Assembly (NCBI GenBank): GCA_964016885.1
Contig: OZ024745.1
Span: 126,232,001 to 126,296,000 of the forward strand
Length of the DNA stretch: 64,000 bases
Reading direction: 5' to 3'
Source of the DNA: Eledone cirrhosa
Taxonomy: Eukaryota
In this document: positions 41,179 to 56,685 of the stretch, piece after piece
How the letters are laid out: each line of letters begins with the position of its first letter
How positions within the stretch are numbered: position 1 is the stretch's first letter
Notes under the pieces: model-generated
The model's database searches: none
What the model was told of the DNA's origin: nothing
What the model saw: only the letters and a program-made list of their open reading frames with translations
Position numbers and translations under genes: made by a program

Positions 41179-41263
41179 TCTCAGTAGTTGTGTGAGAGTG
41201 CCTGACACTAGTGTTTCAGGATTGTTTCTCTTATCAGTGACGTTTATTCACACGTTACTGAGA
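41179..41263 (-). ncRNA. Degenerate type I hammerhead (core CTGATAA)
   Basis: tctcagta..tgtga..gtca-CTGATAA-gagaaacaatcct-GAAA-cactagtg-TC-aggc..tcacac..tactgaga. Confidence 0.5.
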
Positions 41264-42154
41264 CAAAAATAAGCTATAGCTTATACGTTTTTCAGGTGTA
41301 AGCATATAGTAAATGCCTTCCCATACACCACTTGTATGTATGCACACACTTATGTATGTATGCTTGTATGTATGTTTGTGTATGTGAATGTATATATATA
41401 TATGTGTGTCTGTGTGTCTGTGTCTGTGTCTATATGTATCCGCTCACCTAATAAACACTCTATCTCGACACTATCTGGATGATCCAATGCAATTAGTCAG
41501 GTCGGTACCTATCAAACAGTTGCAAGGATTTTCAGGTTTTTACACATTTTATACTATCAGCTGACCTCACAAAATAGTCGATGCGTGTGTCTAACATGCC
41601 ATCCTAGTCTCTTCCGAAAAGGTGAGCCATTTCTAAGAACCCTTATAGACATACAAACAGATCTTTCTGCCGTGCACCTGTCTTGGTTTACACTGCCACT
41701 AGTTTAAAGTCACTGTCTTCTATGGTCTTCACTTCTATATCCCCAAACTCACCGCCCAGGACCTGTAAGATCGTTCAAACTCCGAGATTCAAATGTCACT
41801 TCGCTTGATCTGTTGTAGTCAACAAAGATGCGAGTGCGAACGTCTCGGAAATTATGGTTTCACTGATAGTTACCACATCTATATCAAGTGACCTAAAGTC
41901 GATGACCAAGTGACATAGCATCCAGGTAAACCCCACATCACGGCCATATTGGTTTGAGAAGCTCCAATGCAGGGCAGATATTTTTGGGAACTCCATTTAA
42001 TTCACGTCAGCTTTTGATTCTTGTTTATACAAAGCGACCCCAGGAAGATAAAAGGAAAAGTTGTCTTCGGTGAAAATTGAACCCATGATATAAGGAAACT
42101 TTACTAAATATCGAAATTCATTTTACCTTCCAAATTAACGATTTTACCTTTCAC

Positions 42155-42233
<79 letters not shown>

Positions 42234-42368
42234 TATGTTTGGTTACTCAACTTGGCAAACATAATCAACACATCTGCTTAAATCACATCCAACTGTCTTA
42301 AAAATGGAAAGAAAAGTTCACGTTACAAGATATAGATTTAGGTACGCTATATCTAAACACGTAAGAAG

Positions 42369-43470
42369 GATGGTCACAGCTGGATACCTTAGTCATAGGT
42401 GTGCTTTATAACTACCGCTTACATGGGGTTTAGCAGCTGTAACAACAGCAGTTGACACAGCAACAACAGCCACTACAATTTTGGGTGAAAAGGAAAGTCG
42501 ATTAAATCGACCCCAGTACATTACTGGTACTTTATTTTATCGACCCCGTAAGGATGAAAGGCAAAGCTAACCTCAGCGGGATTTGAACCCAGAACGTAAA
42601 CGGCCGTAACTCTACGCTGCAAAACATGTTGTCCGACGCTCTACTAATATTGTCAATAGAACATTAAGGGTCGTAACTCTATGCCGTGAAGCATAGTGTC
42701 CAACGCTCTACAACAATAACAACAAAGTTGATTAAATCGACCCCAGTACATTACTGGTGCTTTATTTTATCGACCCCGTAAGGATGAAAGGCAAAGTTAA
42801 CCTCGGCGGGATTTGAACTCAGAACGTAAAGGGTCATATCTCTATGCTGCAAAGCAAGGCGTTCGACTCTCTACCGATACTGCCAAGTTGAGGCACAAGA
42901 CCAGGAATTTGAGGGGAGGGAAAAGTCTATTAACTCGACCCCAGTACATTATCGGTACTTTATTTTATCGACCCCGTAAGGATGAAAGGCAAAGCTAACC
43001 TCAACGGGATTTGAACTCATAATGTAAAGGGCCGTAACTCCATGCAGCAAAGCATGTTATCTGACGCCCAACCACCAATAATATTTATGATTATGATGCT
43101 TGAGTAAATAATGTTTCTAGTTCTAGAAGGTTATCGACCCCGTATCGATAAAACATCCATACAGGGTCGATAACCACAGCCGGATTTGAACTCAGACTGT
43201 AAAGGGTCGGAACTCTATGCCGTAAAACATAGTGTCCGAGCCCTATCGATACTGCCAATCTACCGCCCTTAATGATTATTTAATATAATTGTTTCTACTT
43301 TTGGCCAGCAAAAACCCAGTGCATTACTGGTACTTTATTTTATCGACCTTGTAAGGATGAAAGGCAAAGTTAACCTCGACGGGATTTGAACTCAGATCGT
43401 AAAGGACCGTAACTCTATGCTGCAAAACATGGCGTCCGACCCTCTACCGATTCTGCCAATTCGCCACCCT
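42369..43470 (-). mobile_element. SINE cluster including a composite cassette
   Basis: About five consensus matches plus the extension shared with 15471 and 26922. Confidence 0.88.
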
Positions 43471-43961
43471 ATGATTATTTATATGATGGAATGGAAAATG
43501 ATGAAAACAAGCTAAATCTAAGTAGGGAAGAACGACAAACAACAAAGAGAAAAGGGTACAGCAGTGCATAGCAGTGTCGACTTTGCATATTAAAACAAAA
43601 CACACTGCTTACCCTCCCACCCCTTCATGTAGCAGTAACAACAACAACAACTGTCTAAAACGATAAATTCAATCATAAGAATCTAGGAGGACCGGTTCCG
43701 AGAGAACCGGAAAACAAGGAAGAATTCGGAACTAGGAGGAGTTACCCAGTTTTTGACCAATGAGCTGCCAATATTTTAGGTAGTTGTGTACTTTATGAAA
43801 GCAAACGACTATCAATACAAAGGCCGCTTGTGTTGTTGCTTTCACACATCTGCAAGTTGACTAAGCGAAAATCCTTACAGAATAGATTCGTGCGAGAACG
43901 TTAATGCATTATGTAAATGTTTATATTTGTATATATACACACACATATATATACGTATACA

Positions 43962-43993
<32 letters not shown>

Positions 43994-44252
43994 CATGTCT
44001 CTATATGTAAATATGCATATATATATATGCATACATATATATATATATATATAAGTGTGTGTGTGTGTGTGCGTGTGTGTGTGTGCATGCGCGCGCGCGC
44101 GTGTGTGTGTGCATGCGCGCGCGCGCGTGTGTGTGTGCATGCGCGCGCGCGTGTGTGTATGTATGTATGCATATATATATATGTGTATATATATATATGT
44201 ACATATGCATGTATATACATATATATATATATACATGCCTATTTATAAATAC

Positions 44253-44308
<56 letters not shown>

Positions 44309-44416
44309 GTGTGTGTGTGGGCGCGCGCGTGAGTTTGTGTGTATATATATATATATATGTAAATATGCAAGTATATATATTAATATGTACATATATACAT
44401 ACCTATTTATAAATAC

Positions 44417-44475
<59 letters not shown>

Positions 44476-44645
44476 CATATATGAATACACACTCTCTCTC
44501 TCACACACACACACACACACATATACGTACATAGCGTAAATATATCTACACACATATACATATATATGCATATATAAGTATATATATATAAATGTATGAA
44601 TATATATGTGCATAATATGTATATATATATATGTGTGTGTGTGTG

Positions 44646-44679
<34 letters not shown>

Positions 44680-45149
44680 CGTGTGCGTGTGTGTGTGTGT
44701 GTATGTGTCAGGCCGCTTTTGTGCGCTTCTAGTAACACCTAATCCGGTACAACCTGCTTGCATGGTTAGTGATCAACATAGAAGAAGGAGGACTCCAATA
44801 TAAAACTTGAGTTTCATGAAGTATTTAGTCTTGTCACACAAAAGTTGGAGATGGTGTTGTGTAGGCTACGCCCACTTTAAAAATAATATTTCGCACACGT
44901 ACTTCTTGTACTCCTTCCACGTTATCTAAGATAAGATCGTAACGAGGGGCTGGCAGTAACCTAAAAATGCATCCATAATTTTAATTGAAATGTCTCACAC
45001 AAAGTCAGTAAATGGCCGTTAGGTCTTGGCATCTTTTGGTGAACATGTACGGCCTGGCAGGTGCCATAGGATGCCACAGAATGGGTTTGGTCGTAATCCT
45101 GCTATTCTGGCAAACACAAAGAATCAACCGCAAAAGAAACCTAGGGTCA

Positions 45150-45540
45150 GTATGAAGTTTGCATGTTGGGATGTACGTACGCTCTTCAACAACTTTAAGT
45201 CTGATAGAGGAGAACACCGCACAGCATTAGGGAGTCGGACACCATGCTTTGAAGCATAGAGTTACGTTCCTTTATGATCTGAGTTCAAATCCCGCCGAGG
45301 TTAACTTTGCATTTCATCCTTACGGGGTCGATAAAATAAAGTACCAGTAATGTACTGGTTAATTGCTGGCCTTGTGCCAAAAATAGAAACAATTAATTAC
45401 AAAAGACATTGCTCGATATGATCTGGACTTCGTTACAGTATCTGAGACACGTCTACTTGGAGATGGCCAACTTACTGAAAGCCGTTAGGTTACACTTTCT
45501 TTTGGAAAGGTTTGCCTGTAGGACAAAGGAGAGATTGAGA
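45150..45540 (+). mobile_element. N-terminal APE endonuclease fragment of an RTE LINE, interrupted by a SINE (~45228-45396)
   Basis: MKFACWDVRTL...EHRTAL | ITKDIARYDLDFVTVSETRLLGDGQLTE...GYTFFWKG. Confidence 0.85.
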
Positions 45541-45789
45541 TGTTGGTGTTGTGTGCATTTCTCAGTCAAAAGACTGTGATTATGTATCATCCAGCTCCTG
45601 AGAAACCGTACATTCCCCAGTCATAATTGTAAAGGGAATAACTCAGAGTGTTGTTAATAAATTTGTAACCTGGCAGTACTCTCTCTCTACCTGGCTCACC
45701 TGATGATATTTCCTTTGGGATTAAAAAGGCATTTGATGCATTTGAGAGACTAAAATCGTTTATTCGTGTATCTTTATTTTATGACTTCA

Positions 45790-46705
45790 AATCAGGTATA
45801 AGTGCAACAGTATCGTGTCGTCATATTAACAATGCATTTGGTTCTAACACCATGTATGAATGCAGTACCAGGGATTGGTTCGCACGCTTCCGTTCCGGTG
45901 ATTACAGCCTTAATGATCGACCTCGCGGAGGACGTACATCCGACTTCAATGACGATCAGCTGCCTGGGTTGGTGGAAGCTGAACCACGCCATGCATCACG
46001 TCAACTCTGCGAGGTGCTTGGGGATTAAAAAAAGAACCCATCCTCAATCACTTGCATGCAATAGGAAAGTTGTCCATGCTGGACGAATGGGTGCCTCACA
46101 ATCTGACTGACTGTAATTGTGAATGTTGGACCGCAGCTGCGACCCCTCTGCTCTCCTACTATCGCCCAAACAGTTGGTTATGTTTCGTTACTACTGGCGA
46201 TGAGAAATGGTGTCTCTACATTAATATCAAGTGCAAGCGATCGTGGGTTGATAAAGTGAGTGCGTCACAACATCAAGTAAAGACAGGCCCCCATCCTTGC
46301 AAAGCCTTACTGAGTGTTTGGTGGGACTGGAAATGTGTCATCCACTACTGGCTGCTTCTATCGAACACCAGCATAACCTCTGACTTCTATTGCCAACAAC
46401 TTCACTGATTAGCGGTGAAAATCGCACAGTTTCACCCACACCATGGTCCTGTTCGGCTGCATTTATCAAATATGACTCGTGAGCAGCTGCTGAAACTTGT
46501 TTTGGAAGTTCTGCCTCACCTGCCATATTCACCCGACCTTGCGCCAACAGACTATCACCTATTTCTCCCAATGAACAATGCAATGCAGTCAAAGATCTTC
46601 GTCAATGAATACCATTTAAAAGTGGCTGACGGAATTCTTTGCATCCCAGCCAGAAGAATTGTACAGGAATGGAATCATGTGCCTTCCTAAACGATGGCAG
46701 ACGAA
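45790..46705 (+). pseudogene. Decayed mariner-family transposase
   Basis: WVPHNL, TGDEKWCLY, LLSVWWD and HLPYSPDLAPTDYHLF motifs; frameshifted; TIRs not identified. Confidence 0.92.
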
Positions 46706-46729
46706 CACTTTACCATCAATACTCTCTAG

Positions 46730-47850
46730 ACTCTTCTTCGTCTTCGTCCACTTATACCTGAGAGAGTCGTGGGGGAAGAGTTCTCAAACACTCCCTCCAG
46801 CGGGTCCTCTCAGAAGCAACCGTCTCAAACTGATCCGGCTGATCCACAAGCGAGACCACTCAAGCTCATGGATGTTATCCAACCATCTTGCTTGGGTCTA
46901 CCACTGGGTCTCCTGCCAGTTGGTTTTGCCCGTAAAACCTGTCCAGTGATTCTTTCCTGAAACATTCTAACGACATGCCCATAGTATCGGAGTTGTGACC
47001 TTTCAATTCGGAGAAGCAGTGGCTCTTACCGGAGTGACTTTCTGATCTCCGAGCTAGGCACTCTACCGAGTAACGTCACTCCAAAAACCCTTCAGAGTTA
47101 CCCCCATTTCATCGGCTTGTATTCGTGATCGTATTCTTTTGGTCATTACCCACGATTCATGACCATAGGTAAAGGTTTGCACGAAAACCGAATTGAAATA
47201 GCAAGTTTGGGTTTTACGCCTACCTCCCTTCTCATTACTGAATGCTGAAGCCGGTCCATTACTGCATCAGCTCCTGCAATTCTTGCTTTTAATTCATCCT
47301 CCTGCCTTCCATCACTCGTGAACACGGCCCCGAGATACTTGAACTTCTCTACCTGCTTCAGTGGAACTACATTCACATGTAGAGTGCATTGCGCAGCACA
47401 GATTTTTATTCCAGCCATGCACCACTCGGCATCAAACCTATCAAGTGCAAGTCGGAAATTACCTTCTGTCGAGTTACGTAACAACATGTCGTCTGCAAAT
47501 TCCAACGGATTGTTCGATTCCATACTCCTGTACAACCTTCTACATCAGATCCCGACAAACGCGGTGATAAACTTTTCAAGATGGTCATTGCAAAAATATA
47601 TCTCTTGGTAATAATCCCACGATTTCTCGAAGACCTCTCGCGGTGAGAATATTAAATCGGCTGTGCTGCGTCCGGGGCGAAAACCGCATTGTTCATCAGC
47701 TAGCTTCGACTCGACAATCTCCCTGCATCTCTTTGCCAAACCAATAACCTAGACTTTACCGGCAGGCTTAACAAGGGGATCCCTCTGCACTTGGAGCAAT
47801 CTCTCTTGTATCTCTTTTTGAAAATTGGATTATCACTCCCGATTGCAAAA
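46730..47850 (-). mobile_element. Decayed RTE-type LINE (RT and 3' end)
   Basis: DEQCGFRPGRSTADLIFS, EFADDMLL, VEKFKYLGAVFTSDG. Confidence 0.9.
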
Positions 47851-47992
47851 TTTGTCAGAAAGTTCTTCGATCCATATCTGCACTTAAAAACCTTTTACGG
47901 GTTTTTTTTACGGTAGAAGACTTTCGGCTCAACAATAAATAAATTAATAAACATTGCACATTCAAGATGAGTCTTGCTCTGTTTTAATGCTT

Positions 47993-48031
<39 letters not shown>

Positions 48032-48036
48032 CACAC

Positions 48037-48068
<32 letters not shown>

Positions 48069-48076
48069 TTAAATAT

Positions 48077-48109
<33 letters not shown>

Positions 48110-48128
48110 AATATATATATATATAAAT

Positions 48129-48254
<126 letters not shown>

Positions 48255-48260
48255 TATATA

Positions 48261-49026
48261 TATATTGTTATACTTTGGGAGGGTCATGTTGCCAATAAGA
48301 AACACACGCACCAGTTGCTTTCACTTCAATTTATTATATATTTATAAATTTATAAATTTACAAATCTACAAACCTATAAATTTCTGGTTGGTTGGTTGGT
48401 TCCACAACCAGATAGTTGTTTATATATAGTCATAGTCCTTTCGTCACACACTCTGTGACCTCTTCAGTGACTGGGGATTCCTTTCTTTGTTTCTGTGCCT
48501 TTCCTTTCTTCTGTCCTACGCCATTTTGTTTCTGTGTGTGTGTTGTGTGCTCAGTTTGCGCATGCGCCACATCCGAGTGTCTGTGTGTGTTTGTGTTCAT
48601 TTATCTATTTGTTTATTTATTTACATGTTGTTGGTTGGTTGTTTGTTCTATGTGTGTGTGTGTTTTCATTTTGTCCTTAATTGTAAGTTGTGATGTTGCT
48701 GTTCCACTCATATTTTCTATCCTCTATTTAATTTTGGTTGTAATTATTTTATGCTTACTGCCTCTGTAATTTGCCTAAACATTGCATCTTTTCTGTGTGT
48801 GGATTCTATTTTTATTTCTATGTTCTCTAATTTACCCTTGTGTTCTATCTTAGCCTGTTGGTAGAGTACAGATGATTCTTTATTATCTTGAAGGTCTCGC
48901 CAGTGTTCATTTATCCGTTCCCCTATACTACGAGCTGTCTCACCTATGTACACTATGCAGTAAGCATAAAAGAATTACAACCAAAATTAAATAGAAAATA
49001 TGAGTGGAACAGCAACATCACAACTT

Positions 49027-49031
<5 letters not shown>
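48261..49031 (-). mobile_element. 5'-truncated Penelope-like element: GIY-YIG C-terminus, 3' terminal repeat with hammerhead, and an inverted 5' segment
   Basis: [16 protein letters not shown]...RQITEAVSIK (48744-48953); 48957-49031 is an inverted copy of 48680-48761; flanked by (TA)n. Confidence 0.88.
48428..48472 (-). ncRNA. Minimal type I hammerhead in a PLE terminal repeat
   Basis: agtca-CTGAAGA-g-gtcaca gagtg tgtgac-GAAA-ggac-TA-tgact. Confidence 0.82.
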
Positions 49032-49107
<76 letters not shown>

Positions 49108-49123
49108 ACATACACACACACAC

Positions 49124-49190
<67 letters not shown>

Positions 49191-49203
49191 CACACACACA
49201 CAC

Positions 49204-49237
<34 letters not shown>

Positions 49238-49239
49238 TT

Positions 49240-49322
49240 ATTAAAATAACAGATTAAAGTTTAAGCAAAGAATCGCTGCTTTCACCCGATTCTTTGCTTA
49301 AACTTTAATCTGTTATTTTAAT
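49240..49322. repeat. Palindrome (36-bp arms, 11-nt spacer) built from the 3' half of the CAGAAGA hammerhead family
   Basis: Minus strand gggtGAAAgcagcgattctttgcTTaaactttaatctg is identical to 24207-24244. Confidence 0.9.
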
Positions 49323-49414
49323 ATATATATATCTTCATATGCATGGAGCGCTTGTCTGCACATTATTGAAGTTGCGTTTCGCTAATTTCTACCCGCCGAA
49401 ATGCGATTCTCGCT

Positions 49415-49483
<69 letters not shown>

Positions 49484-49559
49484 CGAAGGAAACGTGGTAA
49501 GGGACCAGATGGACCATAACGCACCAAAGTACTCAATACTTAGGGTAGTAGAGTGGGTA

Positions 49560-49790
<231 letters not shown>

Positions 49791-50406
49791 ACTTACCTGC
49801 CTGTTCACATATCTATCTATCTCTTGCTTTCTAGCTTTCTCGCTTCTATCAGTCCATCTGAACCTGAATGCACCAGATGCGTGCAGTTTGCATTCTAGCT
49901 GACAAACACATCTCTTCCATTTCTCTTACTCTATCTCCTAGCTTTCTCTCCCTTTCCTACACTCTTTCCCTGCTCTTTCGGCTGATGTTTGTTTTGTTGT
50001 TCCTCTTATTTCCATAACTTAACCCAATTCTTATGTCAAAACACCCCCATAGTGGTGAGTCTTAAAGTACACGCGAACCTTTACACTATACACTTTACAT
50101 CAGCAGTCGCTTGATAATGCTTGGGACCGCTTATAGTACTGTGGCTCATTTAGAAAATGTACCAAATAAACGCCATCTATCTGACAGGAGGTAAAGAACG
50201 GTAGATAACAAAGATATGGAAGGAGGGATTAGGAAAAGGCAAAAAAATCAATAATACGTTTCGAAAGTGTTTACATATTTACTAACCAATCATAATGAAT
50301 GTTCTGGCAGTAATGTATGCAGAATCTTTGGTTGTAAAAATTCGTCCCTCACTTGCAATTTATTTTTTTATGAGGTGAACTCGTGTTTCTGAGTGAACGA
50401 GTGCAT

Positions 50407-50446
<40 letters not shown>

Positions 50447-50862
50447 GAAAGAGAAAGAATGTTTTTTTTATGTGTGCATCTTCGTGTGTGTGTGTGTGCG
50501 CGCGTGCGTGTGTGTGCGTGTGTGTGCGTGTGTGTGAGTGTGTGCGTGTGTTTGTGCTTGATGTTCGGAAAATAAAGTAGGCTAGCACTCACACCCCAAT
50601 ACACGCACACGCACACACTCCCCAAGACTCACCCCACCCCCCAAAAACACACACACACCCCACAACACACACACACACCCCAAAACACACACACACACTC
50701 TCTCTCTCCCTCTCTCACACACACACATACACAAAACCCAAAATAGACGTACGCACGTGCATATTTATAATTTAAAAGAAAAAATACTGTTTTATTAGAA
50801 GATATGTGTTCGATATACACAGTGCGTACACAAATTTACACAGACACACATACACGCACACA

Positions 50863-51124
50863 CAGTGCAGGATTTACGTATAAGCTAAACAAGCTATAGC
50901 TTAGGGCCCCCACTTTCTTGGGGCCCCGAAAAAATTGAAAAAAAAAACGATGTGTACATTTCCAAAATATAAGATAAAAAAGAACTAAAATAATGCAATA
51001 GTTTTAAACAGTTTTCTGCTTTAATATTGAACGTTTTGCAGTTTTTATAACATTTTTTATAACATATAAAGGGCCCCGTTATCTCAAATAGCTTAGGGCC
51101 TCATCAAATCTAAATCCGTCCCTG
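50863..51124. mobile_element. TIR MITE (hAT-like)
   Basis: cagtgcaggattta / taaatccgtccctg termini; internal gcttagggcc repeats. Confidence 0.65.
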
Positions 51125-51142
51125 CACACACATTTATACATT

Positions 51143-51349
<207 letters not shown>

Positions 51350-51878
51350 GGAGAGAGGGGGGGAGGAAGAGAGGGGGGGGGGAGAAAACATGCCCAGGAA
51401 ATTTATATAGTTCGCATCCGTTCTTTTTCTACATGTTAAAATTAACCGAGGAAAGATATCTTTCATCGCCGAAGATTGACATAGATAGGTTTACAGAGAA
51501 TTTTTTAATAGACGATATGTTTGAAGGTTGTCTGCTCCTGCACTGAAAATAAGGAAGCACATATCAACAAATCTATTAGTCATAGCATTCCAAGATATTT
51601 CGTCGTTCTGAACTGTTTTAACATTCCAGTAATAGATGGCCCCAATTCTCCTCCAACCATATTCATAATCAGTTCTAGCGTCTCCCATTTCCAACCATGT
51701 GGTAGTGTGATTAACCTTGTTCATCAGTGGAATTAGAACTTAGAATATAAAGTATCGGACCAGATACCATAAAATATTGAGTCATACCCATTAATCCATC
51801 GCCAACGGAAGGATGAAAGAACGTAAACGAATACTGCAAAGCATTCTATTTGTCACAGTGGTGTTCTGTATGTATCTA

Positions 51879-52137
51879 CAGCGGCGGTGAAACTGGGTGT
51901 GTGTGGAGGGTGCCGTGCCCCCCCCCCTCCCCCATTAGTACTTATATTTTTCTTCCCAAACTACCAAAACACACATCTATTAGTATATGCGCTACAATTT
52001 ATGTACATGTTATGTTTATCGCATATCGAAGTTTTCTGAGCATTTTAGAGTGCAAAGAGTTTAACTAATCACTACAACGAAATTGACCCAATTTGCTACC
52101 CCCACCCCCCAATTTAGAAGTGCTTCCACCGCCCCTG
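51879..52137. mobile_element. TIR MITE
   Basis: cagcggcggtgaaa / cttccaccgcccctg; flanks atcta/atctc. Confidence 0.6.
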
Positions 52138-52287
52138 ATCTCATCACACGAGAATAAAACAAATAATCGCTCAGGGCGGTGGGTTGGCAGTATCGGTAAG
52201 GCGTCAGACAAAATGGTTGACAGTAAGGAATTGTGACATTCTATGTTCTGAGTTCAAATTCTACCGATGCCAAGTTTGCCTTTCATC

Positions 52288-52956
52288 CAGTGACGTAGCT
52301 AGAGTGTGTTCCGCTCGGGGCAGCCCTTCAGTTTGCCGGCGCCGAGCCCTCAACAAAAAATACATATTGCTCAGTGACATACTCTTAACGTTATATATAT
52401 ATGTAGTAACTAGTCTGTGTACAATAATATTATTCTCCAGCATTAAAAGAACAGTTATAGTAGTGGTTCCCAACCTTTTCTGCACCATGCCCCACCTCAA
52501 CAACTAAAACATTGTTATCCCCCCCGTTGACATGAAAACAGCAATGATCAACTGTAAAGTGTAAACAAATTGGTATATAAGTGGTGCCAGATACACACAG
52601 TAACATGTGTGGAGGAGGAGGTGAGAGAGGAGTTTGTAACAGTGATGTGTACCATATAGGTGGTGCCAGATGTACAATAACATGTGGAAGAGGTGAGACA
52701 GGAGTTTCTGACAGTAATGTGAACCAAAGTTGCCTTGGTGCAAAAGTAATAAAGTAAAACCTGAAGTTTATTCTCATTAATATCATTTTTAAATGGCCCC
52801 TATAAATATTCTAATTGAACCCCCCCCCCCCCTGTAGGGTGTGGGGGCCGCGTTGGGAATCACTGGCTTATAGACTACAGCAGACCCAAAAGTGCCGCCC
52901 CCAAAACAGTGTCGCACTGGGCTAACCACCCCTGGCCCCCTATAGCTACTCTACTG
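52288..52956. mobile_element. hAT-like MITE inside a SINE, itself containing a second hAT MITE (52461-52865)
   Basis: Outer TIRs cagtgacgtagcta / tagctactctactg with TSD ctttcatc/cttccatc; inner TIRs tagtggttcccaac / gttgggaatcactg with TSD agttatag/gcttatag. Confidence 0.8.
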
Positions 52957-53396
52957 CTTCCATCTTTCTGCGGTAGATAAAATAAAATACTAGTTAAATA
53001 GAGGAGTGGATATAACGCACTATTTCCCTCCCTCAAATTACTGGTCTATTACCAATGTTAGAATAATTACAAATAATTGCTTATTAAAAATTTATAAATG
53101 GTAAAGTTACAAGAAGAAAATTAAAGCGGTTTAAAATGTAAGTTAATACGAGATTGTTGATATAATAAAGAATAGTGGAATATATGCTGACTCAGATTCT
53201 ATAAAAAGTTAAAAGGAAATATTTAAAGATATTAATTGTAAAGGGGAAAACTATAAATCGAAAAACTTAATGATGAAATATCGAAGTAAAGAATTAAAAT
53301 CATATCCACAATCATACGCAAACACACACATACACACTCATATATATATATATATACGATATTAACAAATGGAAACTATATTTATAAAACCATATT

Positions 53397-53461
53397 TATT
53401 TCATTATACATATTTCAAGGACACCAAGTTAAATTATGGAGTGCTTTCATCAGATAAAATA
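53397..53461 (-). ncRNA. Minimal type I hammerhead in a solo PLE terminal repeat
   Basis: tattttat-CTGATGA-aagcactcca...tggtgtcctt-GAAA-tatgta-TA-atgaaata. Confidence 0.75.
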
Positions 53462-53617
53462 TAATAGAGATCAGTTTTATAAATAAATATTGACATACCC
53501 TTAAAAAATGCAACCATTACTGTTGGAAGCTCCCGGATAGTGGAGTTGTTTAATTATATTATTATTAGTTATAAAAATATTTGCTTGTTGTATCCCAACA
53601 ATTTAAATAGAACTTTT

Positions 53618-53695
<78 letters not shown>

Positions 53696-53854
53696 GTGTG
53701 TGTGTGCGCGCGCGCGCGTAAATACTCATCCTTTTCCATTTTTAGAGCGTTTTAAACCCCACTATCAGGCTAAAATTTGTTAAAAATACGTTGAAAGCTT
53801 CTATTTCTACTAAATTTCAAATCGCTCGCTGTTTCAAAACAAATATTTACTTGT

Positions 53855-55023
<1,169 letters not shown>

Positions 55024-55122
55024 GTGGGTATATATAAGTATATATAATATATATATGTGTGTATATATATATTTAACGAAGGGTATATGAAGTAATAGTT
55101 AGATGAATGATTATAACAAAGT

Positions 55123-55562
55123 TGTTAGAAATCAAATAACAATGAAGATTTAGTTTATATATGGTTTACTTCACTTCAATCAAAAAGTACAATAATACAA
55201 GTTACCAAGAGTTGCGAAGGTTGATGTTGTCGTCGTGAGTCTGAGACCATAGTGAGAGAGGGAGAGAGTAATGGTTTGTATACCTCTGAATGGTCTGTAG
55301 TAGTTCTCGTCGTTAGTCTATTGTCTCTGTATTTCTGTAGACCACTGGGGTCTGTTGATAGCGGTGAATCTTCACATAGCTTGTTGTATGTCGTGGTGCT
55401 CCGATGTCTCTGGCTAAAGTGGGCTGATACAGGCTTTATATACCTGTGGCTTCCTGTCTCCCACATTGAGGGGATCAACCTGTTCACACCAAGAGGGTAG
55501 TAACCTAGAATTTAACCTTTAGGTGTTACCCAAGGTTCAAGGCGTGGACAGATCTCGCTACA
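55123..55562 (-). mobile_element. Possible solo LTR
   Basis: TG...CA ends and a TATAAA-like motif on minus; no TSD found. Confidence 0.3.
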
Positions 55563-56001
55563 TATATCTAGTTGGAAACACTGTCATTCTATTCTATATA
55601 AAATGGTAGTGGTGCGAATATAAACTGTGAGAAAATTAAAGGAGCCGATCCTCAGAGCGGACAAAGGAAACCACGATTCCCTTGGTGTTTCCATTGCTGA
55701 AACAATCTGTCTGTTGCAACTATTATCAGAACCATTCCCGCCAATCAACCGTCCCTGAAGTGGTACTTTATTTAATGACATCGAAAGGATGAAAGGCAAA
55801 GTTGATTTCGGCCGAATTTGAACACAGTGTAAACAACAAACACCGAAGGATTTCCTTCGATCTCTTGTGGCCCTGCAATTTGCGCCCTTTAGAAGTTTTG
55901 TTAAGTTCAACGCTCAAATGCAACACCTGTAAAATAAAGTAGGAAATCTACCAGGAATTAACCGTTGAATTAATTTTAAAAGCTGTTCCCTGTTTAAACA
56001 T

Positions 56002-56054
<53 letters not shown>

Positions 56055-56248
56055 CTCACGATATGTTTTATGATAAGTAATAGGCCTTGTTACTGTGCTC
56101 TTACAGGATCATCAGAAAAGAGTCTTACAGTCTTACCAAATACATGCGTGAAACTACAGAGTACAAAAAGGCACCACTATAATAAAGAATAGTATTTAAC
56201 CCTAATTCAGTATTGAGTACTTATTGTCGTGTCTGTCACCCTCCCCCC

Positions 56249-56315
<67 letters not shown>

Positions 56316-56685
56316 ATATATATATATATATATATATTATTCTGAATAATAATAACTCCAGAAAACCTTTTTGTAGAGTGCTTTTAATCTATTCTAAAAC
56401 TATATTCATTGAGTAATCAATGAACCCTAATAATCTGTGGTTCATTTATTTTTTCATTTATTTTGTTTTGACCTGTTTAGCTTGATTTGCTTTTTGGCTT
56501 AGGTGGTTGATGCTTTCTTGACCACTTTTTCAGTTTTGTATGGCTTCTTAATATATTGTTTAGCTCTGGTTTTTAACTATTGAGCACTTTGCCAGTGTCA
56601 TTTCTGGTTTTTGCGTTTCGTTTCGCCTTTGCTACCCGCCGAAATGCGATTCTCGCTGAATCTATATTTGTATATATATATACAA

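Noticed and set aside
56078-56124. Minus-strand ctgatga plus hairpin plus aggcct
   Set aside because: GAAA is absent and stem I does not pair
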